DNA from: an uncultured Muribaculaceae bacterium
GTDB lineage: Bacteria; Cyanobacteriota; Vampirovibrionia; Gastranaerophilales; Gastranaerophilaceae
DNA: 64,000 bases
Reading direction: 5' to 3'
Assembly: GCA_964640325.1 (NCBI GenBank)
Contig: CAZXID010000001.1
Coordinates: forward strand, 3,994 to 67,993
The notes under the pieces were generated by a model that was given only the letters and a program-made list of their open reading frames with translations, was not told the origin of the DNA and ran no database searches. This document shows positions 63,842 to 64,000 of the stretch, piece by piece; the stretch's first letter is position 1, and the number at the start of each line of letters is the position of its first letter. The position numbers were made by a program, and so were the translations under genes.

Positions 63842-64000
63842 TGTTTTAACTCCTTTTTTGTTTATCGGTCTTGGATTAGTCGGCGTTAAACGAGTTTTCA
63901 CTCTCTGCCGACAATCCGTTACATTCACAATGTAACTCTCATTTCTCAAACTTCAAGCACTTTGGGGGAAGTTTCAGGTGTTTCGTATCATTCAGACACA

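Larger units (their letters stand above)
55345..64000 (+). mobile_element. Mu-like transposable element/prophage, left part (continues beyond the window; left boundary tentative, at either about 55345 or between 56760 and 57080)
   Basis: Colinear Mu early-region synteny: Ner-like HTH, MuA-like DDE transposase, MuB-like ATPase, small genes, GemA (gp16), Mor. The adjacent host gene is truncated at about 55345-55349. Confidence 0.6.

Overview
AT-rich bacterial chromosome segment (about one-third G+C by eye, not computed). It carries roughly 60 protein-coding genes, one tRNA, no rRNA and no CRISPR array. Positions 1-55,300 are mostly housekeeping genes: dnaJ (3' part), ribE-ribBA, an rny-ymdB operon, pepA, ftsZ, mtaB, tRNA-Val, fixCX, a DAHP synthase, glnA, rph, nadA, rlmB, a sigma-70 factor, comM, glgP, an Opp/Dpp-type ABC importer (binding protein plus two permeases), mgtC and rimO. 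Mixed in are envelope and pilus genes (three prepilin-like genes, a PilM-PilN fusion plus a PilO-like gene, a GT9 heptosyltransferase) and several secreted or membrane proteins of unknown function. The gene content (RNase Y, many pseudopilins, LPS heptosyltransferase) and the heptamer repeats fit an AT-rich diderm lineage such as non-photosynthetic relatives of cyanobacteria. That taxonomic call is a guess. The accessory part starts near 55.3 kb. A PseB/CapD-like dehydratase gene is truncated there. It is followed by a very AT-rich segment with a GT2 glycosyltransferase, then a Mu-like transposition/early module (Ner-like HTH, MuA-like DDE transposase, MuB-like ATPase, GemA, Mor), a hipBA toxin-antitoxin cassette, and small reverse-strand genes that run off the window. 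Other unusual features: two tandem 137-bp units made of sense and antisense tRNA-Val fragments directly upstream of the intact tRNA-Val. Several families of intergenic repeats (heptamer/octamer arrays in inverted blocks, and REP-like GTCRTTGCGAG...GAAGCAATCC hairpins), one of which appears inserted in frame in mtaB. A pilin gene frameshifted in an A6 run. A pair of adjacent paralogous proteins, one with a long (Pro-Ala)n tract. No complete, recognisable novel multi-gene system could be demonstrated from sequence alone. The best candidates for follow-up are listed in the findings.
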